64,000 bases of DNA. It comes from Alphaproteobacteria bacterium (GTDB lineage Bacteria; Pseudomonadota; Alphaproteobacteria; UBA828). A program made the translations under genes and the position numbers. Under the pieces are notes generated by a model, which was not told where the DNA came from, did not search any database, and saw only the letters and a list, made by a program, of their open reading frames with translations. The stretch covers positions 60,323-124,322 of the forward strand of contig JBFXKW010000003.1 in NCBI GenBank assembly GCA_050173345.1, read 5' to 3'. The stretch's first letter is position 1. Each line of letters starts with the position of its first letter. This document shows positions 11,161 through 20,356 of this stretch, in pieces.

Positions 11161-11691
11161 ATGGCGGGCCGGTCCATTCGGAAGGCGCCCATGGCCACCA
11201 GTCTCCTTGCCCATTTCCGGATGCTCGCCCGCTACAACCGCCTCGCCAACGAGCGGCTGTACGAAGCCAGCGCCGGCCTGCCGGACGGCGAGCGCAAGCG
11301 GGATCGCAAAGGGTTCTTCAGGTCGATCCACGGCACCCTCAACCACATCCTGGTGGGCGACCGCATCTGGCTCGGGCGCTTCGAGGGCAAGGCGATGCCC
11401 TCGACCGATCTCGACGCCATCCTCTACGAGGACTTCGACGCGCTCCGCATCGCCCGCGCAGCCGAAGACCGCCGCATCGAGGCCTTCGCAGCGGGTCTCA
11501 CGGACGATGTCCTCGCCGGCAGCTTCCGCTACGTCAACAACGAGGGCCGCGACCTCGAAGATCCCGCGGTCCTGATCGTGGCGCATTTCTTCAACTACCA
11601 GACCCACCATCGCGGCCAGGTGCACGACATGCTGTCCCAGGCCGGCGCGAGGATGCCGGTGCTCGACATGCATCGGGTGATTCGCCCCTGA
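11161..11691 (+). CDS. DinB family protein
   Basis: The pattern LLAHFRMLARYNRLANERLYEA..FFRSIHGTLNHILVGDRIW..HFFNYQTHHRGQVHDML is typical of the DinB/YfiT four-helix metal-binding family. An alternative start lies at 11191. Confidence 0.75.
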   Translation: MAGRSIRKAPMATSLLAHFRMLARYNRLANERLYEASAGLPDGERKRDRKGFFRSIHGTLNHILVGDRIWLGRFEGKAMPSTDLDAILYEDFDALRIARAAEDRRIEAFAAGLTDDVLAGSFRYVNNEGRDLEDPAVLIVAHFFNYQTHHRGQVHDMLSQAGARMPVLDMHRVIRP

Positions 11692-11712
11692 GGGGCGAGG
11701 AGCGACCCTGCG

Positions 11713-12537
11713 CTAGTGTGCGGTGCGGCCGGCCGGGGTGTAGATGCTGCGCTCGGTCTTGTGCGGCACGAACTTGTCGGTGACGCCGATCACCGTCTCC
11801 GCGCCGCCGAGGAAGAGGAAGCCGTCCTGCGGCATCATCTGCGCGATGCGCTGCAGCACGTCGGCCTTGGCGGCCTGGTCGAAATAGATCAGCACGTTGC
11901 GGCAGAACACGACGTCGAACACGCCAAGCTCGCCGAACGGGCGGAGCAGGTTGAGCTCCTTGAACTGCACCATGGCGCGCAGCGACGGATCGACCTGCCA
12001 CATCTCGCCGACCTTGGCGAAATACTTGACCAGCAATTGGATCGGCAGGCCGCGCTGCACCTCGAACTGCGAGTAGATGCCGCTCAGCGCCTTCTGGAGC
12101 ACCTCGCGCGAGATGTCGGTGCCGACGATCTCGACCCGCCAGCCATTGAGGCGCGCGGCCTCCTCGCGCAGGATCATGGCGAGCGAGTACGGCTCCTGCC
12201 CGTTGGAGCAGGCGGCGCACCAGATGCGGATGCGCTTCTGTGCCTCGCGCGCCTGGAGCAGCGCCGGCAGCACGATCTTGCGAAAATTGTCGAACGGCTT
12301 GGTGTCGCGAAAGAAGAACGACTCGTTCGTCGTCATCGCCTCGGTGATGTCGCGCAGCAGCGGCTCGTTGAGCTTCGAGCGGATCGCGCTCACGAGATCG
12401 TCGAGCCCCGCCATGCCGTGCTTGCGGGCAAGCGGCACCAGGCGGCTCTCCAGCAGATAGCCCTTGTCGGGGGTCAGGACGAGGCCTGACCGCTCGCGCA
12501 GGAGCCCGCTCAGCAGGTTGAAGTCCTCGGGCTTCAC
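11713..12537 (-). CDS. cheR: Chemotaxis protein methyltransferase CheR
   Basis: It has the CheR N-domain plus a SAM-binding domain (FFRDTKPF, IWCAACSNGQEPYSLAM, FCRNVLIYFD). It is the last gene of the che operon. Confidence 0.93.
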   Translation of the reverse strand: MKPEDFNLLSGLLRERSGLVLTPDKGYLLESRLVPLARKHGMAGLDDLVSAIRSKLNEPLLRDITEAMTTNESFFFRDTKPFDNFRKIVLPALLQAREAQKRIRIWCAACSNGQEPYSLAMILREEAARLNGWRVEIVGTDISREVLQKALSGIYSQFEVQRGLPIQLLVKYFAKVGEMWQVDPSLRAMVQFKELNLLRPFGELGVFDVVFCRNVLIYFDQAAKADVLQRIAQMMPQDGFLFLGGAETVIGVTDKFVPHKTERSIYTPAGRTAH

Positions 12538-12538
12538 C

Positions 12539-13696
12539 TCAGCCCTCCCCGATGAGCGCGCGCAGGTGCGATGCGATCCGGCCGAGCGGCAGCACTGCGC
12601 TGCACAGCCCGTTGGAGGCCACCGCGCCCGGCATGCCCCACACCACGCTGCTCGCTTCGTCCTGCGCGACGACGGTGCCGCCGGCCCTCACGATCTCGTG
12701 GCTGCCTGACAGGCCGTCATGGCCCATGCCGGTCAGGATGAGGACGAGACTGCGGGCGCCGAAGCACCTGGCGACGCTGCGCAGCATCGGATCGACCGAG
12801 GGCCGGCAGAAATTCTCGGGCGGCGCCTTGGTGGTGCGCAGCACGGCCTTGCCGGCCTCCTGCTCGACGATCATGTGATAGTCGCCCGGCGCGACATAGA
12901 TGCGCGCGCCGAGCAGCGGCTCGCCGTCGACCGCCTCGTGCGCCGCCATGCCGGAGAGCTTCGAGAGATGCTCGGCGAGCAGCGCCGTGAAATGCGGCGG
13001 CATGTGCTGGGTCAAGAGCACCGGCAGCCTGATGCCCTTCAGCCCGTCGAGCAGCGCGAAGAGCGCCTGGGGTCCGCCGGTCGAGCTGCCGATGGCGAGG
13101 ACGCCCGGCCGCTCGCGCGAGGCCTGGCGCAGCACGATGGGGGCGCCGCCATAGAGCCCGGGCCGCTTCGCCGGAGCCGTCGGCAGCGTCGCGAGCCTGC
13201 CGTCGGCAGCGGCCGCCCGGTTGCTCGGCGAAGCGCGATGCTCGCCGCCGCCGCCGAGCGCCAGCACCTTGCCGATCAGCTCGCGCGCGAATTCCTGGCT
13301 CGAGCCCACCTCGCTCTTCGAGGTCGGCTTGGGCACGAAATCGGCCGCGCCCTTGCGCAGCGCCTCGAGGCTCACCGCGGCGCCGCGCCGGGTCAGCGTG
13401 GACGCCATGATCACCTTGATCCCGGGCACCGCCTTGACGATCAGCGGCAGCGCCTCGAGGCCGGTCATCACCGGCATCTCGATGTCGAGAATGACCACGT
13501 CAACCGGGTCGCGCTCGAGTTGCTCCAGCGCGGCCCGCCCGTTCGGCATCGACGACGCCACCCTGATGCGCGGCTCGGCGGCCAGGATGCGCGCGATCAT
13601 GCCGCGGATGACCGCCGAATCATCGACGATCATCACGCGGATCGGCGCATCCTCGCTGTCCAGCCTGCCCAGGCTGGCTGATCCGGCCGCCGTCAT
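12539..13696 (-). CDS. cheB: Chemotaxis response regulator protein-glutamate methylesterase CheB
   Basis: It has a REC domain (VMIVDDS.. DVVILDIEMPVMTG) plus a methylesterase domain (GSSTGGPQAL, TGMGHDG). Confidence 0.93.
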   Translation of the reverse strand: MTAAGSASLGRLDSEDAPIRVMIVDDSAVIRGMIARILAAEPRIRVASSMPNGRAALEQLERDPVDVVILDIEMPVMTGLEALPLIVKAVPGIKVIMASTLTRRGAAVSLEALRKGAADFVPKPTSKSEVGSSQEFARELIGKVLALGGGGEHRASPSNRAAAADGRLATLPTAPAKRPGLYGGAPIVLRQASRERPGVLAIGSSTGGPQALFALLDGLKGIRLPVLLTQHMPPHFTALLAEHLSKLSGMAAHEAVDGEPLLGARIYVAPGDYHMIVEQEAGKAVLRTTKAPPENFCRPSVDPMLRSVARCFGARSLVLILTGMGHDGLSGSHEIVRAGGTVVAQDEASSVVWGMPGAVASNGLCSAVLPLGRIASHLRALIGEG

Positions 13697-13697
13697 G

Positions 13698-14063
13698 TCA
13701 GATCAGGCCGACCTGGGCGAACTTCGACTCGATGATGTCGGCGTCGAACGGCTTCATGATGAATTCGTTGGCGCCGGCCTCGATCGCCTCCTTGATGCGC
13801 GTGAGGTCGTTCTCGGTGGTGCAGAACACGACGAGCGGGTGCTCGCCATTGCTGGACTGGCGCAGCGCCCGCAGGAACTCGATGCCGTTCATCACCGGCA
13901 TGTGCCAGTCGAGCAGGATCACGTCCGGCATGGCGGCCTGGCAGGCGCTGAGCGCCTCGGCGCCGTTCTCGGCCTCGAGCGTCGCGAAGTGCAGGCCCTC
14001 GATCATGCGCCGGGCCACGGACCGGATGGTCCTCGAATCGTCGACGATAAGACAGGTCTTCAT
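13698..14063 (-). CDS. cheY: Chemotaxis response regulator CheY
   Basis: It is a 121 aa single REC domain (LIVDDS.. DVILLDWHMPVMNG.. FIMKPF) within the che operon. Confidence 0.9.
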   Translation of the reverse strand: MKTCLIVDDSRTIRSVARRMIEGLHFATLEAENGAEALSACQAAMPDVILLDWHMPVMNGIEFLRALRQSSNGEHPLVVFCTTENDLTRIKEAIEAGANEFIMKPFDADIIESKFAQVGLI

Positions 14064-14127
14064 GACTCAACTCCGGTCGGCGCTCGGATGGAGGCGGCCG
14101 GCAACGAACCGGCGTTGCCGCCGTTCC

Positions 14128-14637
14128 TCAAGCTGCGTGCGCCTCGCTGCCGCTGTCGAGGACGCGCTCCACGTCGAGCACCACGAGCAGCTTGTCCGAC
14201 AGCCGGTAGATGCCCTTGGAGAGCTCGCGCAGCCGGGGCTTGATGGTCGGCGGGTTGTGCTCGAAATCGGCGGCCGAGAGCTTGACCACCTCGCCCACGG
14301 TGTCGATCACCAGGCTGTAGAGCTCGCCCCGATGATCGACCACGACGCTCATCTGGCTCTGCCCTTGCGGCCGCGGCGTCATGCCGAGGCGCGTGCGGAT
14401 GTCGATCGCGGTCGCGATCCGCCCGCGCAGGTTGAGGTTGCCCGCGACCTCGCCCGGCGCCAGCGGGATGCGCGCGATCTTCTGCGGCCCCAGCACCTCC
14501 TGCACGCCGAGCACCGGGATGCCGAACCACTGGTCGCCGATCAGCATCGAGACGTACTCGTCCGTCGCGTCCTTGTCGTCGCCGGCGGCGCGGTTCGCCG
14601 CCTTCTTCTCCTTGTTGGTCACGGCCGAGTCGCTCAT
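14128..14637 (-). CDS. cheW: Chemotaxis coupling protein CheW
   Basis: It is a 169 aa single CheW-like domain. Its start overlaps the cheA stop by 4 nt. Confidence 0.9.
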   Translation of the reverse strand: MSDSAVTNKEKKAANRAAGDDKDATDEYVSMLIGDQWFGIPVLGVQEVLGPQKIARIPLAPGEVAGNLNLRGRIATAIDIRTRLGMTPRPQGQSQMSVVVDHRGELYSLVIDTVGEVVKLSAADFEHNPPTIKPRLRELSKGIYRLSDKLLVVLDVERVLDSGSEAHAA

Positions 14638-17318
14638 GCGGCACCTTTGACAAGCTCGAGAGATTGATTCAGGGCGGAAAGCAGCGCGTCACGGTCGAAC
14701 TTCGCAACATAGTCGGTGAAGCCCGCCTCGCGGCCACGGTCGAAATCGGCCGGCTCGGTGCGGGACGACAGGGCGACGATCGGCAGGCCAGCCCAGCGGT
14801 CGCTGGTGCGGCAGGCGCGCGCGAACTCGAAGCCGTTCTTGCCGGGCATTTCGATGTCGCTGACGATGACGTCGAAGCCGGTTTCCTCATCCAGCAGCCG
14901 GAGCGCTTCGTCGGCGTCAGCGGCCGCGGTCACCTGATAGCCCGCGGCGGTGAGCACCGGGGTCAGCATGTTGCGGAAGAACGGGCTGTCATCGACCAGC
15001 AGCAGCCGGCGCCCGGCATCGCGCCCGCTGGGCGGCGCCTGCTGGAACCAGTCGCTCGAGGCCTGCTGCAGATAGCAGGCGACGTCGATCACGTCGGTCG
15101 CCTTGCCGTTCACCACGGCACTGCCGAGCAGGCCGGTGTGCTGGGACGCCACCTCGAAGTCGAGATGCTCCTCCACGATGTCGATGATCTCATCCACGAT
15201 GAGGCCCATGCTGCGCGCGCGGTCGGCGAAGACGAGCACCGGCTGGCGGCCCTCGGCCCTGATCTCCTGGCTGGGATCGACCGAGACAAGCGGCATGAGC
15301 TGGCCGCGATACTGCACGACCGGGCGCCCGTCCGACCTCTCGATCGAGCCGACCTCGATCTCCTCGAGGCGCGCGACGAGCGAGAGCGGCACCGCCTTCG
15401 GCGTATCCGAGGCGGCGCGGAACAGCAGGAGCGCGGTGCGCTCCTGGCTGGTGGGGACGCGACTCCTCGCCGCCTCGGATTCGCGGAAATCTTCGCTGGC
15501 ATGGCGCTGGCCCGAATTGGCCGCGATGCCGTTCGGATCGAGGATCATGATCACACTGCCATCGCCCAGGATCGTGTTGCCCGAGAACATCGAGATGTTC
15601 CGGAGGATCGGCGAGACCGGCTTGACCACGATTTCTTCGGTGTCGAACACGCGGTCGACGATGATGCCGAAGCTGTAGGTGCCGACCTGCGTAACCACGA
15701 TGAAAGCCTCGCCGAGCGCCGCGCCCTGCACCGCCGCTTCGCCGGCCGCGCCGCCGAGCCCGAGGCTCTGGGCGAGCGAGACGAGCGGCAGCAGTCGGTT
15801 GCGCAGGCGCAGCACCGGCGTGCCGTTGATCACCTCGATCTTGTTGTGCTCCGAATCCGAGGTGGTGCGGACCAGCTCGACCACGGCGATCTGCGGGATG
15901 GCGAAGCGCTCGCCCGCCACTTCGACGATGAGCGCCGAGACGATCGCGAGCGTGAGCGGAATCTTGATGGTGAAGACCGAGCCCTTGCCGAACGCGGTTG
16001 ACAGCTCGATGGTGCCGCCGATCTTCTCGATGTTGGTGCGCACCACGTCCATGCCGACGCCACGGCCGGAGACGCTGGTGACGTTCTTCGCCGTCGAGAA
16101 GCCCGCGCGGAAGATGAACTGGAGAATCTGCTTCTCCGCCATGCCGTCGAGCTCGGCCTCGGAGGCGAGGCCGTTCTCGACCGCCTTGGCACGCACGCGG
16201 GCGATGTCGATGCCGCGGCCGTCATCCGAAACCTGGATGATGATGTGGCCGCCTTCATGATAGGCGTTGAGCCTGACCTTGCCGGTCTCCGGCTTGCCGG
16301 CCGCCTTGCGCTCGGCCGGCGTCTCGAGCCCGTGATCGCCCGAGTTGCGCACCATGTGGGTGAGCGGATCCTTGATCAGCTCGAGCACCTGGCGGTCGAG
16401 CTCGGTTTCGGCGCCCACCATCTCGAGGTCGATCTTCTTGCCGAGGTCGTGGGCGAGCGAGCGCACGATGCGCGGCAGCTTGGCCCAGGCATTGCCGATC
16501 GGCTGCATGCGCGTCTTCATCACCCCTTCCTGAAGGTCGGTGGTGATGTGGCTGAGCCGCTGCAGCGGCACCTTGAACTCGCTGTCCTCGTCGACCGAAC
16601 GTATCATCTGGAGGAGCTGGTTGCGGGTCAGCACCAGCTCGCTGACCGTGGTCATCAGGTTTTCGAGGAGCTGGACGCTGACGCGGATGCTCTGGTTGGC
16701 GATGCTCGATTCGCCGCCGGCGGCGCCCGCCGCCTCGGCCACGAGCTTGTCGGCGACCTCGCGCGCCTGCTCGTCGGTGACCGTCTGCGCGACCGGCTCG
16801 GCCGGCGCGGCGGCGTCCTCGACGCCGGGCGCTTCTGTCTCGGGCGCGGCGTCGCTACGAAGATTCAAGCGGCCGCGACCGGGGCTCTTTTTCTTCGTTG
16901 CCGGTTTGGCCGGCGGTGCGGGCTCCGCCACGGGCGGCGCGCTCTTGCCTTCGGCAAGAGCGTCGAGCCTGGCGATCAGTTCGGCGTCATCGCCGGCCGG
17001 CTCCGCCTCGGTCTGCTCGATCACCGCCAGGATCTCCTTGATCTTGTCGATCGAGAGCAGGATCAGAGAGACGGCATCGGAGGTGACCTCGAGCTCGCCG
17101 TCGCGAATCTTGCCGAGCACGTTCTCGGCCGAGTGCGCCAGCGTTTCGAGCCTGGGCAGGCCGATGAAGCCGCAGGTTCCCTTGATGGTGTGGACCAGGC
17201 GAAAGATGCTGCTGATCAGTGCCGGCTCCGGGTTCTGTTCGAGCTTGACGAGCTCGACATCGAGCGTCGCGAGGCTTTCGGCACTCTCGGTGAGAAATTC
17301 GCTGAGCAGGTCGTCCAT
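14634..17318 (-). CDS. cheA: Chemotaxis histidine kinase CheA, hybrid form with a second CheW-like domain and C-terminal receiver
   Basis: It has Hpt (RLVHTIKGTCG), an HATPase (DDGRGID, GRGVGMDVV), two consecutive CheW-like segments and a terminal REC (LLLVDDS.. DVIVSDIEMPGKNG.. DYVAKF). Confidence 0.93.
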   Translation of the reverse strand: MDDLLSEFLTESAESLATLDVELVKLEQNPEPALISSIFRLVHTIKGTCGFIGLPRLETLAHSAENVLGKIRDGELEVTSDAVSLILLSIDKIKEILAVIEQTEAEPAGDDAELIARLDALAEGKSAPPVAEPAPPAKPATKKKSPGRGRLNLRSDAAPETEAPGVEDAAAPAEPVAQTVTDEQAREVADKLVAEAAGAAGGESSIANQSIRVSVQLLENLMTTVSELVLTRNQLLQMIRSVDEDSEFKVPLQRLSHITTDLQEGVMKTRMQPIGNAWAKLPRIVRSLAHDLGKKIDLEMVGAETELDRQVLELIKDPLTHMVRNSGDHGLETPAERKAAGKPETGKVRLNAYHEGGHIIIQVSDDGRGIDIARVRAKAVENGLASEAELDGMAEKQILQFIFRAGFSTAKNVTSVSGRGVGMDVVRTNIEKIGGTIELSTAFGKGSVFTIKIPLTLAIVSALIVEVAGERFAIPQIAVVELVRTTSDSEHNKIEVINGTPVLRLRNRLLPLVSLAQSLGLGGAAGEAAVQGAALGEAFIVVTQVGTYSFGIIVDRVFDTEEIVVKPVSPILRNISMFSGNTILGDGSVIMILDPNGIAANSGQRHASEDFRESEAARSRVPTSQERTALLLFRAASDTPKAVPLSLVARLEEIEVGSIERSDGRPVVQYRGQLMPLVSVDPSQEIRAEGRQPVLVFADRARSMGLIVDEIIDIVEEHLDFEVASQHTGLLGSAVVNGKATDVIDVACYLQQASSDWFQQAPPSGRDAGRRLLLVDDSPFFRNMLTPVLTAAGYQVTAAADADEALRLLDEETGFDVIVSDIEMPGKNGFEFARACRTSDRWAGLPIVALSSRTEPADFDRGREAGFTDYVAKFDRDALLSALNQSLELVKGAA

Positions 17319-17419
17319 GGTGTTCCCTCGTGACGCGCGGGCCGCGGGGCCGTGCCGCGCGAGCAGCCGGCCGGGCCCGACTTGGACCTCCGGTCGAGGG
17401 AAGGATGGCCGGCGAGCCG

Positions 17420-17434
17420 TTAAATAGGGGTAAA
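17420..17434. promoter_or_regulatory. Near-consensus CtrA box (TTAA-N7-TAAA) upstream of cheA
   Basis: The sequence ttaaataggggtaaa lies ~100 bp upstream of the cheA start, in the chpT-cheA gap. Confidence 0.3.
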
Positions 17435-17470
17435 GTAAACGCTGCGAAATCGCGCCGGCGCGGGGCGCGC

Positions 17471-18130
17471 TCAGCCGGGCTCGGCGCGGATCGCCAGGCT
17501 GTCGGCCTCGGGCGGCGAGACGCTGATCGAGAGCCCCCGCTCGGCCGCGAGCCGACCGGCATAGTAGGCATGGACCGCGCGCGGATCGAGGCCGGCGATC
17601 GCCGCCCGGTCAACCTTGGCGCCGGCGAGCAGCGCGGCGCGGCCGGCCTCGTCCAGCTTGAAGCGCTGCGCGTTGCCGAGCACCGCGATGCGCGGGGCCG
17701 CCGCCTCGCCCGAGAGCTGCACCGCGATCGCGCCGCCGCCGATGATGGTATGGCCGGCGATATAGGCGAGGTTGAGCGCAACCTTGAGCAGCGCCGGCGC
17801 CGCATCGCCCGCCTTGGCCGACAGCGTGTCGTCCCACTGGGTCGTGACGCGGGATTCGGCCAGCACCTTCTCTATCAGGCCGCGCGCCTCGTCGGAGCCG
17901 AGGTTCTGGCCGCGGCCGACCGCCGCCCGGAAGAAGCTCAGCCGGTTGATCGCCTTGGCCGCGCTGTCCAGGATCATGGTGCGCGAGGTGGCGACCGTGT
18001 CGGGGTCCTCGTCCTCCAGGCTCTCCGCGATCATGCTGAGGGCGCTCAAGGGCCCGAGCAGGTCGTGGCACAGCTTGGCGCTCACCAGGGAAACCAGCCT
18101 GATTTCATCGGATTGCCCGGCGATCGTCAC
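17471..18130 (-). CDS. chpT: ChpT-like histidine phosphotransferase
   Basis: The KLCHDLLGPLSAL motif around the phospho-His, followed by ..FFRAAVG.., and the ~220 aa length match the ChpT (HPTransfase) family. Confidence 0.7.
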   Translation of the reverse strand: MTIAGQSDEIRLVSLVSAKLCHDLLGPLSALSMIAESLEDEDPDTVATSRTMILDSAAKAINRLSFFRAAVGRGQNLGSDEARGLIEKVLAESRVTTQWDDTLSAKAGDAAPALLKVALNLAYIAGHTIIGGGAIAVQLSGEAAAPRIAVLGNAQRFKLDEAGRAALLAGAKVDRAAIAGLDPRAVHAYYAGRLAAERGLSISVSPPEADSLAIRAEPG

Positions 18131-18304
18131 GAATCCACCCCGCGCCGTTGCTGCCGGCTGAAGCTCTTATCAACTCGAAACGGCCGGGGCAAGGCCGCGC
18201 CCGGGCACGCAACGCCGCGCCCGGCTTCGATTCCGGCCGGCCGATGGGTTAGACTGCCGCCGCAACTCGCCGCACAGGCCGAGCACGGTGGAGCCTCGAT
18301 CAGC

Positions 18305-18496
18305 ATGACGGTGACGCTCGCGCCAGGCGCCTGGGTACGCCTTTCCGACGCGCCCGAATGGGGCGCCGGGCAGATTCAATCGGTGATCGGCCATCGGGTG
18401 ACGGTCAATTTCGAGCATGCCGGCAAGCGGCTCGTCGATGCCAAGCTCGCCACGCTCGTCGAGGCCGAGGCGCCCGGCGGCAGCGAAGATGGTTGA
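18305..18496 (+). CDS. DUF3553-like small protein
   Basis: It is a 63 aa ORF (PGAWVRLSDAPEWGAGQIQSVIGHRVTVNFEHAGKRLVD) resembling the DUF3553 pattern. Only the 3' end of the long ORF 17330..18496 is plausibly coding. Confidence 0.55.
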   Translation: MTVTLAPGAWVRLSDAPEWGAGQIQSVIGHRVTVNFEHAGKRLVDAKLATLVEAEAPGGSEDG

Positions 18497-18533
18497 GCAG
18501 CGTTAAGGCTGGGCGCCGCGGCAGGCCATCCGG

Positions 18534-19451
18534 ATGTTTCTCAGGCAATTCGCCTACCTGGTCGCGCTCTCGCGCGAGCGCCATTTCGGCCGCGCCGCGG
18601 ACCAGTGCAAGGTGTCGCAGCCCACCCTCTCGACCGCCATCCGCCAGCTCGAAGAGGAGCTCGGCGTGCCCATCGTGCGGCGCGGCCGCCGCTTCGAGGG
18701 CTTCACGCCCGAGGGCGAGCGGGTGCTGGCCTGGGCCGAGCGCATCCTCGCCGGCCGCGACTCGCTGCTGCAGGATCTGAGCGACATGCGCGGCAGCCTG
18801 CACGGGCACCTACGCATCAGTGTGGTGCCGACCGCCGTGCCGGTGGTGGCGCGGCTCACCGGGCCGTTCAACCAGCGCCATCCGCGCGTCACCGTCTCTG
18901 CGACCGTCGCGAGCTCGATCCGCATCCAGCGCGGGCTTGATAGCTTTGAGTTGGACCTCGGCGTCACCTATCTCGACAACGAGCCGATCCTCAAGGTGCG
19001 CTCGATCCCGCTCTATCGCGAGCACTACTGCCTCTTGGTGCCGAGCGCGAGCCCGCTCGCCGCGCGCCAGACCATCACCTGGCACGAGGCGGCCGCGCAG
19101 AACCTCTGCCTGCTGACGCCCGACATGCAGAACCGCCGCATCGTGGACGCCGCGTTCCGCGCCGCCGGCAGCGCGCCCGAGCCGCACGCCGAGACCAACT
19201 CGATCACCAGCCTCGTCCTGCATGCCCAGAGCGGGCAATGGGCGAGCGTGGCGCCGCGCCACCTGCTCATCGCGCCCGGCCTGCCCGCCGGGGTCCACGC
19301 GCTGGATCTGATCGAGCCCGAGGTGAGCCACACGGTCGGCCTCGTCGTCGCCGACCGCGACCCCGTGCTGCCCACCGCCAAGGCGATGCTCGATGTCGTG
19401 AAGACCTTCGCGGGACGCGACCTGTTCGACGGCGCCGCGCTGGCGATCTAG
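18534..19451 (+). CDS. LysR family transcriptional regulator
   Basis: It has an N-terminal LysR HTH (LRQFAYLVALSRERHFGRAADQCKVSQPTLSTAIRQLEEELGVPIV) plus a substrate-binding domain. Confidence 0.85.
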   Translation: MFLRQFAYLVALSRERHFGRAADQCKVSQPTLSTAIRQLEEELGVPIVRRGRRFEGFTPEGERVLAWAERILAGRDSLLQDLSDMRGSLHGHLRISVVPTAVPVVARLTGPFNQRHPRVTVSATVASSIRIQRGLDSFELDLGVTYLDNEPILKVRSIPLYREHYCLLVPSASPLAARQTITWHEAAAQNLCLLTPDMQNRRIVDAAFRAAGSAPEPHAETNSITSLVLHAQSGQWASVAPRHLLIAPGLPAGVHALDLIEPEVSHTVGLVVADRDPVLPTAKAMLDVVKTFAGRDLFDGAALAI

Positions 19452-20080
19452 CCGCCCGCCAATTCCGGGTGGGCTGCGATCAGCCGCTCGGCGGCTGCGA
19501 GATCGGCCGGCGTGTTGACGTTGAAGAAGGGATCGAGCGCGCCCGCCTCGAACGCGACGATGGCGGCGTCCTCGCGCATGACCCAGGCCTCGGCCTTGCG
19601 CACGCCTTCCTCGACCAGCGCGCGGCGCAGTGCCGTCGCGAGGTTGAGCGACCACAGCGCCATGACCGGGTGGGTGCGGCCACCCGAGGCAGCGCAGGAA
19701 AGCTTCCGCCCTTGCCCCTCCGCCGCGTCGCGCAGCCGGGCGACGAGATCGCGCGGCACGAACGGCGCATCGGTCGCAACGCTCGCGAGCCATGTCGCGC
19801 CCGGCACATTCTCCCTTGCCCAGGTCATGCCGGTCAGCACGCCGGCGAGCGGGCCGGCGAAGCCCTCGACGACGTCGGGTACCACCGGCAGGCCATAGGG
19901 CGCGAAGCGGCCGGGATCGCCATTGGCGTTCAGGATCAGCGCGCCGACCTGCGGCCGCACCCGTTCGATGATGCGCGCAATGATCGGCCGGCCGCCGAGC
20001 AGGCGTGAGCCCTTGTCGCCGCCGCCCATGCGGCGCGCGAGCCCGCCGGCGAGCAGCACGCCGACCACGTCAGCCGGCAT
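19448..20080 (-). CDS. mobA: Molybdenum cofactor guanylyltransferase MobA
   Basis: It has the N-terminal GVLLAGGLARRMGGGDKG motif and is ~210 aa. Confidence 0.85.
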   Translation of the reverse strand: MPADVVGVLLAGGLARRMGGGDKGSRLLGGRPIIARIIERVRPQVGALILNANGDPGRFAPYGLPVVPDVVEGFAGPLAGVLTGMTWARENVPGATWLASVATDAPFVPRDLVARLRDAAEGQGRKLSCAASGGRTHPVMALWSLNLATALRRALVEEGVRKAEAWVMREDAAIVAFEAGALDPFFNVNTPADLAAAERLIAAHPELAGG

Positions 20081-20184
20081 CGATAGCCTCGGCTGCGCGA
20101 GTCAGGTGCGGGTCATCGGGGTCGGGCGAGACGAGAGAGGTGGACATGGCCGCTGGCCTCCCGGCGTCGACACCAATCTCGGGC

Positions 20185-20260
20185 GTCATGCCCGGCCTTG
20201 AGCCGGGCATCCAGCTTCCGTGATGAATCCTGGATTGCCGGGTCAAGCCCGGCAATGACG
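20185..20260. repeat. Interspersed palindromic repeat, family A (..gtcatgcccggc..gccgggcat.. / ..ggattgccgggtcaagcccggcaatgac..)
   Basis: Two adjacent short hairpins are present. Related copies lie at 30085..30129 and 61582..61673. Confidence 0.7.
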
Positions 20261-20303
20261 AATTTGGAGCTTGAAGGCGGGCCTTGTCCGCCCTTCGACC
20301 CTC

Positions 20304-20351
20304 CCACCCCTGCCCTCCCTCCCGCAACAGCGGGAGGGAGGGCAGGGGTGG
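20304..20351. terminator. Perfect 22-bp GC-rich hairpin 5 nt downstream of the substrate-binding protein gene stop
   Basis: The sequence is ccacccctgccctccctcccgc aaca gcgggagggagggcaggggtgg. There is no U-tract, so it may act as a terminator, an RNA-stabilising element or a repeat element. Confidence 0.45.
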
Positions 20352-20356
20352 AAAGC

